DNA of 64,000 bases, taken from NCBI GenBank assembly GCA_049512315.1, contig JBEKXF010000022.1, forward strand, positions 1-64,000. Reading direction: 5' to 3'. This document shows positions 51,135-60,216 of the stretch, piece by piece. Made by a program: the position numbers and the translations under genes. Every line of letters starts with the position of its first letter. The first letter of the stretch is position 1. The notes beneath the pieces are model-generated. The model searched no databases and was not told where the DNA came from. It was given only the letters and a program-made list of their open reading frames with translations. This DNA comes from Candidatus Aminicenantales bacterium (GTDB taxonomy: Bacteria > Acidobacteriota > Aminicenantia > Aminicenantales > Saccharicenantaceae).

Positions 51135-51866
51135 TCAGAGCTTGATCGCTTCACCCGGTTCGACCCGGAGGTCCAGGCTGCCGATGCCGGCGTCGATCTC
51201 GATATCGATCGTGACGCTGCTCTTCCCGTAGGCGTCGTTTGTGTAGACGTGATGGTCCTTCGAAAGCCCGTGGGCGTTCACGGAGCCGATCCCTCCGTCC
51301 ACCTTGACCCGGACGCCCACGTCGGCGGGAAGGTAGAGGGTCCCGCTCCCGACGCCGCCGTCGATCTTGACCCTGAAGCCCTTCGGATGGGGGCCGCGAA
51401 GGTCGAGCTTCATCTCGCCGACGCCGGTATCGATGTCCAGGCTCGAGAGCTCGAGGCCCCGGAGGTCGAGATGGCTCTGGCCGGCGCCCAGATTGACCTT
51501 GAGGTCCAGGGGGATGGCCTTGTTCAGGCGAAGGTCCCATTCATTGCGGGTGCGGCCGAAGCTGATGCCGCTCCGGCCGTGGCGCCCGATCCTGAGGATG
51601 CCCGTCGTGCCGGAGACCTGGTAATCGACCTCGGGTTTCAGGCGGGCTCTGTTGTAGCGGAAAGTCGCCTCGAGAAGAGCGTCCTGGTTGGCCCCGGCCA
51701 GCCGGAGCTCCCCGGCCCCCATCCGGAGCTCGATTTCCGCGGTTTTGGCCCCGCCGGCCGCCACCGTCCGGTTGTCCGTCTGCAACTCCCTGGGCTCGTC
51801 GCAGGCGACGAAGAGCCCGGCCAAGAGAAGGATACCCGCCGCGATCTTGACACGGGACACGCTCAT
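51135..51866 (-). CDS. Lipoprotein of DUF2154 / LiaF-like beta-helix (toast rack) family
   Basis: Lipobox FVAC; repeats MGAGEL, LGAGQ, TGVGE, GGVGS, GGIGS, AGIGS; SD GGAGG. Confidence 0.72.
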   Translation of the reverse strand: MSVSRVKIAAGILLLAGLFVACDEPRELQTDNRTVAAGGAKTAEIELRMGAGELRLAGANQDALLEATFRYNRARLKPEVDYQVSGTTGILRIGRHGRSGISFGRTRNEWDLRLNKAIPLDLKVNLGAGQSHLDLRGLELSSLDIDTGVGEMKLDLRGPHPKGFRVKIDGGVGSGTLYLPADVGVRVKVDGGIGSVNAHGLSKDHHVYTNDAYGKSSVTIDIEIDAGIGSLDLRVEPGEAIKL

Positions 51867-51940
51867 AATTGACCTCCCTGATCTTTTATTTCTGATCTCT
51901 ATCATTATATACGAAAAATGACCTGGCCCGGTTCCGGAAT

Positions 51941-53632
51941 TCAAGGGGTTTTGACCTTTTTCGCGGGGAGCGTCTGACCTCCCTGATAAAGGATGAGCCC
52001 GGTCACTTGGCCGGACGCGTCCTTCACGAACTCGACTTGGGCGTCCACGACCTTGAGAAAGAACTTCGTTTCCGATTCCGGGAAGAGCTCGGCCTCCGCC
52101 TGTCCCGTGGCCTGGGAGATCAGCGTGTTGTCCCTCTTCAGGATGGTGATCGCGAAGCCGGGCGTGAGCTCGTAATCCCCGACATAGAGGTCGTAGATCT
52201 TCGGGTCGACGGCGGCTTCTTTCCTCGGAGAAGGGAGCGGCTTGGCCGTCTTCGTGTAGATCTGGGCCGGGCCGATGCGGGCTTCGAGCCGGAGACCGGT
52301 CACGGCGCCGGCCGAATCCTTGATAAAGCGGATACGGGAGGGATTTTCCTTGAAGAAAAATTCGTTGGCCGAAGAGGGCAGGATCTCGTACTTGGCCTGG
52401 CCGGCCCGCTGGGAATAGAGAAAGGCGCCTTCCCTCGTGATATAGCGCTCCTCCTTGTTTTCGTCCACGTAGACGCCGGTGACCGGATCGAGGTCCTTGG
52501 CCTCGAGCTTGACGGGTTTTCGCTCGGGCTCCGGCAGGCCGAGGGCGAGCCAGGCGATCTTGACCGCCCGAGGCTCAGGGTCGCGGCCGGCGACCGCGGA
52601 GTTCGTCAGGATGGCCAGGAAAACCCTGTCTTCGGGGAAGGTCATTTCATACGTCGTGAAGCCGTTGATGCCTCCGCCGTGCTCGATGGACCGATGGCCG
52701 CTGAAGTTCGCGATGAACCATCCGTATCCGTAACCCGTGGATTCTCCGCCCTTGAGCTTGTAGGGAGTGAAGGCCTTGTCCAGCCATTCCTTCCTGACGA
52801 GCTTCCCCGAAAAAACGGCGTCGCTCCAGACAGCCAGGTCGTCGACGCTCGAAAGGAGCGAGCCGGCTGCGTACGGTTGGGTCATGCTCAGGTAGGGCGC
52901 GTTGACGAACCCGTCCTTGCCCTTTTGGTAACCCGGGACCCGACGCGGAATGACCCGTTCGGTGTTCCCGTAGTACGAATGCTTCATCCCCAGCGGCTTG
53001 AAGATGTGAGAGTCGATGAACTCCTCGTAGGTCTGTCCGGAGACCTTTTCGATGATCGCCCCGAGGAGGATGTAGCCGGAATTGTTATAGACCCACCGCT
53101 CGCCGGGTTCGAACTTCATCGGCTTGTCCTTGAAGAAATCGACAAGCTCCTTGACCGTGAAGTCCTTCCGCCAGAGGGGCAGCCACTCCGGCATGTCCGT
53201 GTAGCTTTGGATACCCGATGTATGGGTCAGAAGATGCTCGACCGTGATCCTCCGGCCCTGGGTCGGATAATCCGGCAGGAATTTCGTGATCTCGTCCTGT
53301 AGGCCCAGCTTGCCCTGCTCGGCCAGCATGAGGATGGAGAAGACGGTGAACTGCTTGGTGATCGAGCCGAGCCGGAAGATCATGTCGGGTTCGACGGCGA
53401 CCCCGAGCTCGAGGTCGGCCAGGCCGTAGCCTTTGCGGAAGATGGTCTTGCCGTCCTTGCGGACGATGACCGCGGCCCCGGGCTCGCCGGGCTTGTAGAT
53501 TTCGGACATGACGGCGTCGATCTTCTTCGCCAGGGCCTCGTCGCTCGATGCCTGGGCGGACCGGGCAGATGCGTAGGCTGACAGCGTGAGGATGAAAACC
53601 AGGGACACGAGCACGGAGCGCTTTTTCGTCAC
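51941..53632 (-). CDS. Secreted serine hydrolase (beta-lactamase/PBP-like S12) with two DUF3471-like C-terminal domains
   Basis: SxxK (GSITK), LLTHTSG, YNNSGY, HGG; GTG start with SD GGAGG. Confidence 0.88.
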   Translation of the reverse strand: MTKKRSVLVSLVFILTLSAYASARSAQASSDEALAKKIDAVMSEIYKPGEPGAAVIVRKDGKTIFRKGYGLADLELGVAVEPDMIFRLGSITKQFTVFSILMLAEQGKLGLQDEITKFLPDYPTQGRRITVEHLLTHTSGIQSYTDMPEWLPLWRKDFTVKELVDFFKDKPMKFEPGERWVYNNSGYILLGAIIEKVSGQTYEEFIDSHIFKPLGMKHSYYGNTERVIPRRVPGYQKGKDGFVNAPYLSMTQPYAAGSLLSSVDDLAVWSDAVFSGKLVRKEWLDKAFTPYKLKGGESTGYGYGWFIANFSGHRSIEHGGGINGFTTYEMTFPEDRVFLAILTNSAVAGRDPEPRAVKIAWLALGLPEPERKPVKLEAKDLDPVTGVYVDENKEERYITREGAFLYSQRAGQAKYEILPSSANEFFFKENPSRIRFIKDSAGAVTGLRLEARIGPAQIYTKTAKPLPSPRKEAAVDPKIYDLYVGDYELTPGFAITILKRDNTLISQATGQAEAELFPESETKFFLKVVDAQVEFVKDASGQVTGLILYQGGQTLPAKKVKTP

Positions 53633-53831
53633 GATCTGAACCTCCCGTTCATAAACGTTCACCCTATTATAGTACGGAGCTGGCCGAAAAATGTTCCCTT
53701 GCCTGCGCCTTCCGGCTTTCTCCAAGAGTTTCCCCCTCGTTGGCGCGTCCGAATTGCCGGAGGATGATATTTACTTATCCGGGGGAACTGTGGTAAACGT
53801 GCCCTTATCCGACGGATCATGGAGGGTGCGC

Positions 53832-55384
53832 ATGAAAAATAGGATCCTGCTCCAGGCGACAGTCTCCCTTCTAGGTTTGTCCCTGATGGCCGCGGCGGCC
53901 GGGCGGCTATCCGCCCAGGACCTCGACTCGCTCATGAAGATCAGGCCGGGGAAGTCCCGGGCGGTCACCTCGTCCGACCCCAACCTGAACAGCAACGCCG
54001 ACCGGATCAGGTACGTCACACCGGGCGAGACCAAGGTCCTGGCCGACATCAAGGGCCCGGCCGTCGTCCGCCACATCTGGCTGACGTTCAACGAGGCCCG
54101 GCCGAACTGGCTCGAAGCCGGGGGGTCGGCCGCGCCGAACGAGATCGTCCTCCGGATGTATTGGGACGATGCCCAGGAACCGGCCGTCGAAGCCCCGGTC
54201 GGCGACTTCTTCGGAGCGGGATTCGGCCGGCGCCTCGAGCTCAAGTCCGTGCCCGTCCAGGTCGAGGGCGGCGACGGCTACAACTGCTTCTGGCCGATGC
54301 CGTTCTTCAAGCGGGGCCTGATCACGGTCACGAACGAGAGCGCGAAGAACATCCGCTCCTTCTACTATCACGTCGATTATGAGGAGGCGCCGGCCCTGGC
54401 GCCCGATTCCGCCTACTTCTGCGCCCAGTACAATCAGGCTTTCCCGGAGAAATTGGGGAAGGATTACCTCGTCGCCGACCTCGAGGGGAAAGGGCACTAC
54501 GTCGGCACCGTGATGTCCGTCCGGTCCCGGAGTCCTCTCTGGTTCGGCGAGGGCGACGCCCGGGTCTATGTCGACGGCGACACGAAGCCTTCCATCCAGG
54601 GCACGGGCACCGAGGACTACTTCCTCATGGCCTGGGGGCTCAGCCAGGCTCAATTCCCTTACTTCGGCTGCACCTACATGAGCACGGACTTCGAGGACCT
54701 GGGCACGGAGTACTGCCTCTACCGCTGGCACATCGCCGACGCCATCCGCTACTCGAAGTCCCTGCGCTTTGAAATGGAGCACACCGGCTGGATATCCGCC
54801 GACGAGACCGAGAGCGGCAAGATCGAGGGCCACGTCGAGCGCGAGGACGACATGGCCACGGTCGCGTTCTGGTACCAGGAAGGGCAGCCGAAGCGGTTCA
54901 CGAAGCTCCCGCCGCTCGCGGAGCGCCTTCTGCCGAACCTCGATATCGTCATCGAAGCTAAGACCCTGATCCCGACGGCCAAGCATTCGCAGGGCGTCCT
55001 GGAGCTCCAGAAGGGTTTCGACTGGACGGGGGAGGGGCAGGTCCTTTTCATGCCGGCCTCGGACCAGCCCGCGCTCGAGGCGGCCTGATCCTGCGGCTGA
55101 CCTATGCCGAGGATTACGGGATCTACAGGATCTTCCTTGACGGGAAGAACGTCCGGCAGCCCGAGGATTATATGGCTGGCCAGAAGATCCAGGACTATGA
55201 CCTCTATTCCGGGACACTCGAGGTCAAGGACCATTACCTCGGCAGCTTCAAGTTCGTCCCCGGCAAACACACCCTGAGGTTCGAATGCCTCGGGCGGAAC
55301 CCGCTCTCGAAGGGAAACTACCTCGGTCTCGATTCGGTCCGGCTGCGCGAGCGGTGGAACAGAAAACGGAAGCTGCTTTCCTGA
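53832..55384 (+). pseudogene. DUF2961 (GH172-like) glycoside hydrolase interrupted by a frameshift near 55080
   Basis: LRMYWD, VEAPVGDFFG, WFGEGD, GTGTEDYF, YRWH. Frame ends at 55088, but coding-like sequence continues in another frame from 55082 to 55384. The catalytic part may still be translated. Confidence 0.7.
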
Positions 55385-55402
55385 TCGGTCGGAGCGCCGC
55401 TT

Positions 55403-55492
55403 ATTACGGTGACAATTACGGTGAGACATAACTAATTGCCGAAATAAACACAGGTTCCTATTTAGTGTATTGAGTTGTGTGTCACCGTAATT
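55403..55492. repeat. AT-rich REP-like inverted repeat element
   Basis: AATTACGGTGAGACATAACT (55414) and AGTTGTGTGTCACCGTAATT (55473) pair at 18/20; extra tandem ATTACGGTGA copy at 55403. Confidence 0.75.
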
Positions 55493-55515
55493 AATGACTC
55501 GAGGGGAGAGAATTC

Positions 55516-57615
55516 ATGAACAAGAAATGTCTCTTGAGCTTGATCGCTCTTTTTCTGGTCTCGACCGCTTCGGATATTCCCGCCACGGCCGCGGACGCTC
55601 CTCCCATGCGCCCGCCGGCTATCCCTCTCGTGACGCACGACCCCTACTTCAGCATCTGGGCCGTCACAGACAAGCTGACAGACGATTGGCCGCGGCACTG
55701 GACGGGAACCGTTCATGGCCTCTCGGCCATGGCCCGCATCGACGGGAGAGCCTTCCGGGTCATGGGGCCAAGCCCCCGTCAGGTCCCGGCCTTGACCCAG
55801 ACCGGCCTGGATGTGACACCTACTCAGACGGTTTACACATTTGACGACGCAGGGGTCGAGCTCCGCCTGACCTTCACCTCGCCTCTCCTCATCAAGGACC
55901 TGGACATCATGTCCCGGCCCGCGACCTACATCACGGCCGCGTTCTGCTCGACTGACGGGAAACCCCATTCCGTCTCGTTCTACTTCGGCGCCCCGGCCGC
56001 TCTCTGCGTCAATACGCCGGACCAGAAGGTCGTCTGGGGCCGCTACCTCGTGCCCGGACTCGAGGTCATGGCCATCGGCTCCAAGGACCAGCCGGTGCTC
56101 GAAAAAAAAGGGGACGACCTCAGAATTGATTGGGGCCGCCTCTACCTGGCCGTTCCCAGGGCCGATGCCACGGCCATGGCCCCCGGTGACGTGTGCCGTG
56201 ATACGTTCGCCAGGAACGGTCGGCTTCCTGATGCGGACGACATGGAGATGCCCCGTCCGGCCGACGACGACGTCGCCGCGGCCGTCGTATTCGACCTCGG
56301 GACGGTCGGCGGCGCCGTGGCGTCCCGCCACCTCCTCCTGGCTTACGACGATGGATTCTCCATCGAATATTTCTACCGTAAGCTCCGGCCCTATTGGCGC
56401 CGGACGGGCTGGGAAGCCCGCGACCTTCTGGAGGCCGCCGAGAGGGATTATCCGTCGCTTCTCGAGCGCTGCCGGGCCTTCGACGCCGAACTCATGGCCG
56501 ACATGAAGAAGGCCGGGGGGATAAAATATGCCTTCACGGCGTCGCTCGCCTACCGCCAGTCCATCGCAGCCTGCAAGCTGGTTGCTGACCTCGACGGGAC
56601 GCCGCTCTTTTTCCCGCGCGAGAATTTCAGCAACGGCTGCATCTCCACCGTGGACGTAATCTATCCCGCGGCGCCGCAGTACATTCTTCTCAACCCGGCG
56701 CTCGTCCGCGGGATGCTCATCCCGGTGATGGATTATGCGAAAAGCCCACAGTGGCCGTTCCCGTTCGCTCCGCATGACCTCGGCACCTACCCGCAGGCCA
56801 ACGGCCAGGTCTACGGCGGCGGGAACAAGACCGAGGACGACCAGATGCCGGTCGAGGAGAGCGGCAATATGATCATCCTGGTCACGGCCCTGGCCCAGGC
56901 CGAGGGGAAGCCGGATTTCGCCGTCCGCTACTGGGACCTCCTGGCGCGTTGGGCGGGCTACCTCGGGGACAAAGGGTTTGACCCCGAAAACCAGCTCTGC
57001 ACGGACGATTTCGCGGGACACCTGGCCCACAACACCAATCTCTCCCTTAAGGCCATCCTGGCCCTCCGGTCCTATGCCTGGCTCTGCGAAAAAACGGGGC
57101 GCAAGCTGGAGGCCAAAGAATATCTCCGGATTTCGCAGAATTTCGCCCGGGCCTGGGTAGCGAAGGCGGACGACGGCGACCATTTCCGGCTGGCCTTCGA
57201 CCGCCCCGGGACCTGGAGTCAGAAATACAACCTCGTCTGGGACAAGATCCTGGGTTTCAACCTCTTCCCGGCCGCGGTCGCCCGCAAGGAGCTCGATTAT
57301 TATCTCAAATCACAACTCAGGTACGGCCTTCCCCTCGACAACCGGAAGACTTACACCAAGCTCGACTGGGTCTTCTGGACGGCGACCCTGGCCGACGATG
57401 CCGCGACGTTCGGCCGGCTGGCCGATCCGGTATTCGCCTTCCTTATCGAGAGCCCGGACCGGGTCCCGATGACGGACTGGTACTGGACCGACAGCGGCAA
57501 AAAGACCGGCTTCCAGGCGCGACCCGTCGTCGGCGGCGTGCTCATCAAGATGCTCGCCGACCCGGGCCTACGGGCAAAGTGGCAGGGGACATCGCTCTTG
57601 CGCACGGCCCTTTAA
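55516..57615 (+). CDS. Secreted glutaminase A (GtaA)-like protein, DUF5127/DUF4965/DUF1793 architecture
   Basis: RPPAIPLVTHDPYFSIW, SNGCISTVDV, APHDLG.YP.A, MPVEESGNM, QLCTDDFAG, WSQKYNL.WD. Confidence 0.85.
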   Translation: MNKKCLLSLIALFLVSTASDIPATAADAPPMRPPAIPLVTHDPYFSIWAVTDKLTDDWPRHWTGTVHGLSAMARIDGRAFRVMGPSPRQVPALTQTGLDVTPTQTVYTFDDAGVELRLTFTSPLLIKDLDIMSRPATYITAAFCSTDGKPHSVSFYFGAPAALCVNTPDQKVVWGRYLVPGLEVMAIGSKDQPVLEKKGDDLRIDWGRLYLAVPRADATAMAPGDVCRDTFARNGRLPDADDMEMPRPADDDVAAAVVFDLGTVGGAVASRHLLLAYDDGFSIEYFYRKLRPYWRRTGWEARDLLEAAERDYPSLLERCRAFDAELMADMKKAGGIKYAFTASLAYRQSIAACKLVADLDGTPLFFPRENFSNGCISTVDVIYPAAPQYILLNPALVRGMLIPVMDYAKSPQWPFPFAPHDLGTYPQANGQVYGGGNKTEDDQMPVEESGNMIILVTALAQAEGKPDFAVRYWDLLARWAGYLGDKGFDPENQLCTDDFAGHLAHNTNLSLKAILALRSYAWLCEKTGRKLEAKEYLRISQNFARAWVAKADDGDHFRLAFDRPGTWSQKYNLVWDKILGFNLFPAAVARKELDYYLKSQLRYGLPLDNRKTYTKLDWVFWTATLADDAATFGRLADPVFAFLIESPDRVPMTDWYWTDSGKKTGFQARPVVGGVLIKMLADPGLRAKWQGTSLLRTAL

Positions 57616-57694
57616 TTTGCTTAAATGAAGGTCCGCGAAAGGCCATCTTTTGCCTTACGGGCGATCGACGATCATCCGAAATCCAGGAGGTCCG

Positions 57695-59059
57695 ATGAGC
57701 GAGAACGAAAAGAACCAAACCCGCAGGGATTTTCTCAAGATCGGGGCGGCGGCCGGGTTGGGCGCCGCCGTTGCCGGGATGAACCTCAGCGGGGGTGAAA
57801 AAACCATCGGATCGCGGGGAGCCAGGTCCCAGTTCAAGGCCGCTCCCATCTCGACAGTCCGGGTGGGTTTCGTCGGTGTCGGCGGCATGGGGTCGGCCCA
57901 TGTCCAGAACTACCTCAACATCGAGGGCGTCCAGGTCAGGGCCATCTGCGATATCGTTCCGGAGAAGGTCGCCCGGGCCCAGAAATGGGTCGTCGCGACC
58001 GGCCAGCCCGAGCCGGCGGGCTACTTCAAAGGTCCGCACGATTTCGAGCGCATGTGCGCGACCGAAGAGCTCGACCTGGTCATGACCGCGACGCCCTGGG
58101 AATGGCACGTCCCGGTCTGCCTATCGGCGATGAAGAACGGCAAGCACGCCGTGACCGAGGTCCCGGCGGCCATGTCCCTCGACGACTGCTGGGCGCTTGT
58201 CGAAACGGCCGAAAAATACGGCAAGCACTGCCAGATGATGGAGAACTGCTGCTACGACCGGATCGAGCTCATGACCCTGAACCTTGTCCGGAAGGGCGTC
58301 CTGGGCGAGGTCCTGCACGCCGAGGCCGGTTACCTCCATGACCTTCGGGACGTCAAGTTCTCGAGCGACGGCGAAGGGCTCTGGCGCCGGGCCTGGTCCC
58401 AGAAGCTCAACGGCAATCTCTACCCGACGCACGGACTCGGCCCGGTGGCTCAATGCCTGAACGTCAACCGCGGCGACGCTTTCGACTTCCTGGTATCCGT
58501 GAGCAGCCCCACCCGCGGGCTCCACGAATACGCCGTCGAAAAATTCGGGCCGGAATCGACGCAGGCCCGCGAAAAATATGTCCTCGGCGACGTCAACACG
58601 AGCCTGATCAGGACGAAGCTCGGAAAGACGATCATTCTCATCCACGACACGAACCTGCCCCGACCCTACACGCGGATCAACCTCGTTCAGGGAACAAAGG
58701 GCTTGGCCCACAAGTGGCCCGACCGGATCTACATCGAGGGCAAGGCCGTGAAGCCCCACGAGTGGGACGACTTCGAGAAGTTCGCCGCCGAGTTCGAACA
58801 TCCCCTGTGGAAGGCCGTCGCTTCGAAAGGGGAGGGCCGGGGCCACGGCGGCATGGATTATATCGAGGACTACCGGCTGATCCGATCCCTCCGCAAGGGC
58901 GAGCCGCTCGACCAGGACGTCTACGACGCGGCCGCCTGGAGCGCCATCGTCGGGGCGAGCTGCCAGAGCGTCGCCGGCAAGGGCAGGCCCGTCGCCATCC
59001 CGGATTTCACACGCGGCCTGTGGAAGACGAACCCGCCCCTCGGGATCATCGAACCCTGA
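57695..59059 (+). CDS. Tat-exported Gfo/Idh/MocA oxidoreductase, GH109 (alpha-N-acetylgalactosaminidase)-like
   Basis: TRRDFLK, GVGGMG, ATPWEWH, EVPAA, MENCCY, YPTHGLGP, GHGGMD. Confidence 0.88.
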   Translation: MSENEKNQTRRDFLKIGAAAGLGAAVAGMNLSGGEKTIGSRGARSQFKAAPISTVRVGFVGVGGMGSAHVQNYLNIEGVQVRAICDIVPEKVARAQKWVVATGQPEPAGYFKGPHDFERMCATEELDLVMTATPWEWHVPVCLSAMKNGKHAVTEVPAAMSLDDCWALVETAEKYGKHCQMMENCCYDRIELMTLNLVRKGVLGEVLHAEAGYLHDLRDVKFSSDGEGLWRRAWSQKLNGNLYPTHGLGPVAQCLNVNRGDAFDFLVSVSSPTRGLHEYAVEKFGPESTQAREKYVLGDVNTSLIRTKLGKTIILIHDTNLPRPYTRINLVQGTKGLAHKWPDRIYIEGKAVKPHEWDDFEKFAAEFEHPLWKAVASKGEGRGHGGMDYIEDYRLIRSLRKGEPLDQDVYDAAAWSAIVGASCQSVAGKGRPVAIPDFTRGLWKTNPPLGIIEP

Positions 59060-59126
59060 GAGGATTGGCGCCCGTTCAGGTTTTCCTTTAGAATGGTTCC
59101 TTGTGACTTCCCGAACGGAGGGCCGC

Positions 59127-60203
59127 ATGCATCGAATTCCCTGTCGGCGCGTGGCCGCCGGCGTCGTCGTTTTCCTGGCCGCGGCTTTTGTTGCTTCCGC
59201 GGAGGCCAACCTCTCCCTGAAGGAGATCCTCATCAGGAACGTCCAAGCCTCGGGCGGAAAAGCCAGGATCGGCCAGGTCAAGAACCTGTCCTTCAAGACG
59301 GGCGGGACCCGGAACATCGTCTCTTCCGCGGGGGAGCTCAAAGTCCTCACCGGGAAAGACCCGGTCGTCACCGAGGTCGTTCTCGTGAAAGGGGACAAGG
59401 TCCAGCGGAACTCGCTCAATGTGCTCAGCGATGTCACGGAGCCTGAAAAAACCGTTTATCGGACTCTGGCCAAACTCTACGCCGGGGTTTTTTCCCTGGC
59501 CAAGTTCGAGGGCCAGCTCAAGCTCGAGGGCCTGAAAAGTTTCGGGCCGGCGAAGCTCTATCACCTGACGCTCAAGGTTAAAAGCGGGACCGTCGGAGTC
59601 CATTTTTACCTGAATGCCGACGACTTCCGCCTGAAGCGCCTTGTCTTCCAGGGGACGACGCCCGAGGGAGACAAGTACGAGGTCAATTACGATTTCGCTC
59701 CGTTCGAGGAGACCGAGGGGCTCAGCCTCCCGCTCTCCTGGTTTGTCTCCCAGGTCGGAACCCGAGGGAACATGACCGAGGTCACCGAGCTCAAGGCGAA
59801 TCAGCCCCTGGCCAGGGATTTCTTCACGAAGCCCGAGACGAACGCCGGGAAAACCGAATCCCAACCGGGTGAAATGAAAGGGAACGTCCTTGAATTCAAT
59901 TCTTCCCCCTTCGGCTTGACCATCGCGACCAACTGGACGAAAAAGGACGTCGAGAAGGCCGGGTTCCGGACAGGCGACAAGCTGACCCTGCTCCTCGAAG
60001 GGGACGAGTCCGAGCTCGCGTTCTACGCCCTCGCCAACGAAATTCCCCCCCAGAACGAGCTGGCCAAGGGCGCCCGGCTTCTGGCGCCCATGCCCCGGGG
60101 CGGCGAGGGCCTCGCCGTCCAGATCATCGGCGGAGAGACCGCCTCCCTTCAGGGAAAGCTCAAGCCGCTGGCCATCATTTCCGTCAAGAAAAAGGCGAAT
60201 TAA
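59127..60203 (+). CDS. Secreted hypothetical protein
   Basis: Signal peptide, SD GGAGG, genome-like codon usage, operonic spacing. Confidence 0.75.
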   Translation: MHRIPCRRVAAGVVVFLAAAFVASAEANLSLKEILIRNVQASGGKARIGQVKNLSFKTGGTRNIVSSAGELKVLTGKDPVVTEVVLVKGDKVQRNSLNVLSDVTEPEKTVYRTLAKLYAGVFSLAKFEGQLKLEGLKSFGPAKLYHLTLKVKSGTVGVHFYLNADDFRLKRLVFQGTTPEGDKYEVNYDFAPFEETEGLSLPLSWFVSQVGTRGNMTEVTELKANQPLARDFFTKPETNAGKTESQPGEMKGNVLEFNSSPFGLTIATNWTKKDVEKAGFRTGDKLTLLLEGDESELAFYALANEIPPQNELAKGARLLAPMPRGGEGLAVQIIGGETASLQGKLKPLAIISVKKKAN

Positions 60204-60216
60204 AGGAGAACGTCAC

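Noticed and set aside
51941..53632. Beta-lactamase resistance gene
   Set aside because: The S12 serine hydrolase plus DUF3471 architecture is typical of peptidases/esterases; resistance cannot be inferred.
55403..55492. Possible mini-CRISPR array
   Set aside because: The repeats are inverted or abutting rather than regularly spaced direct repeats, and there are no cas genes.
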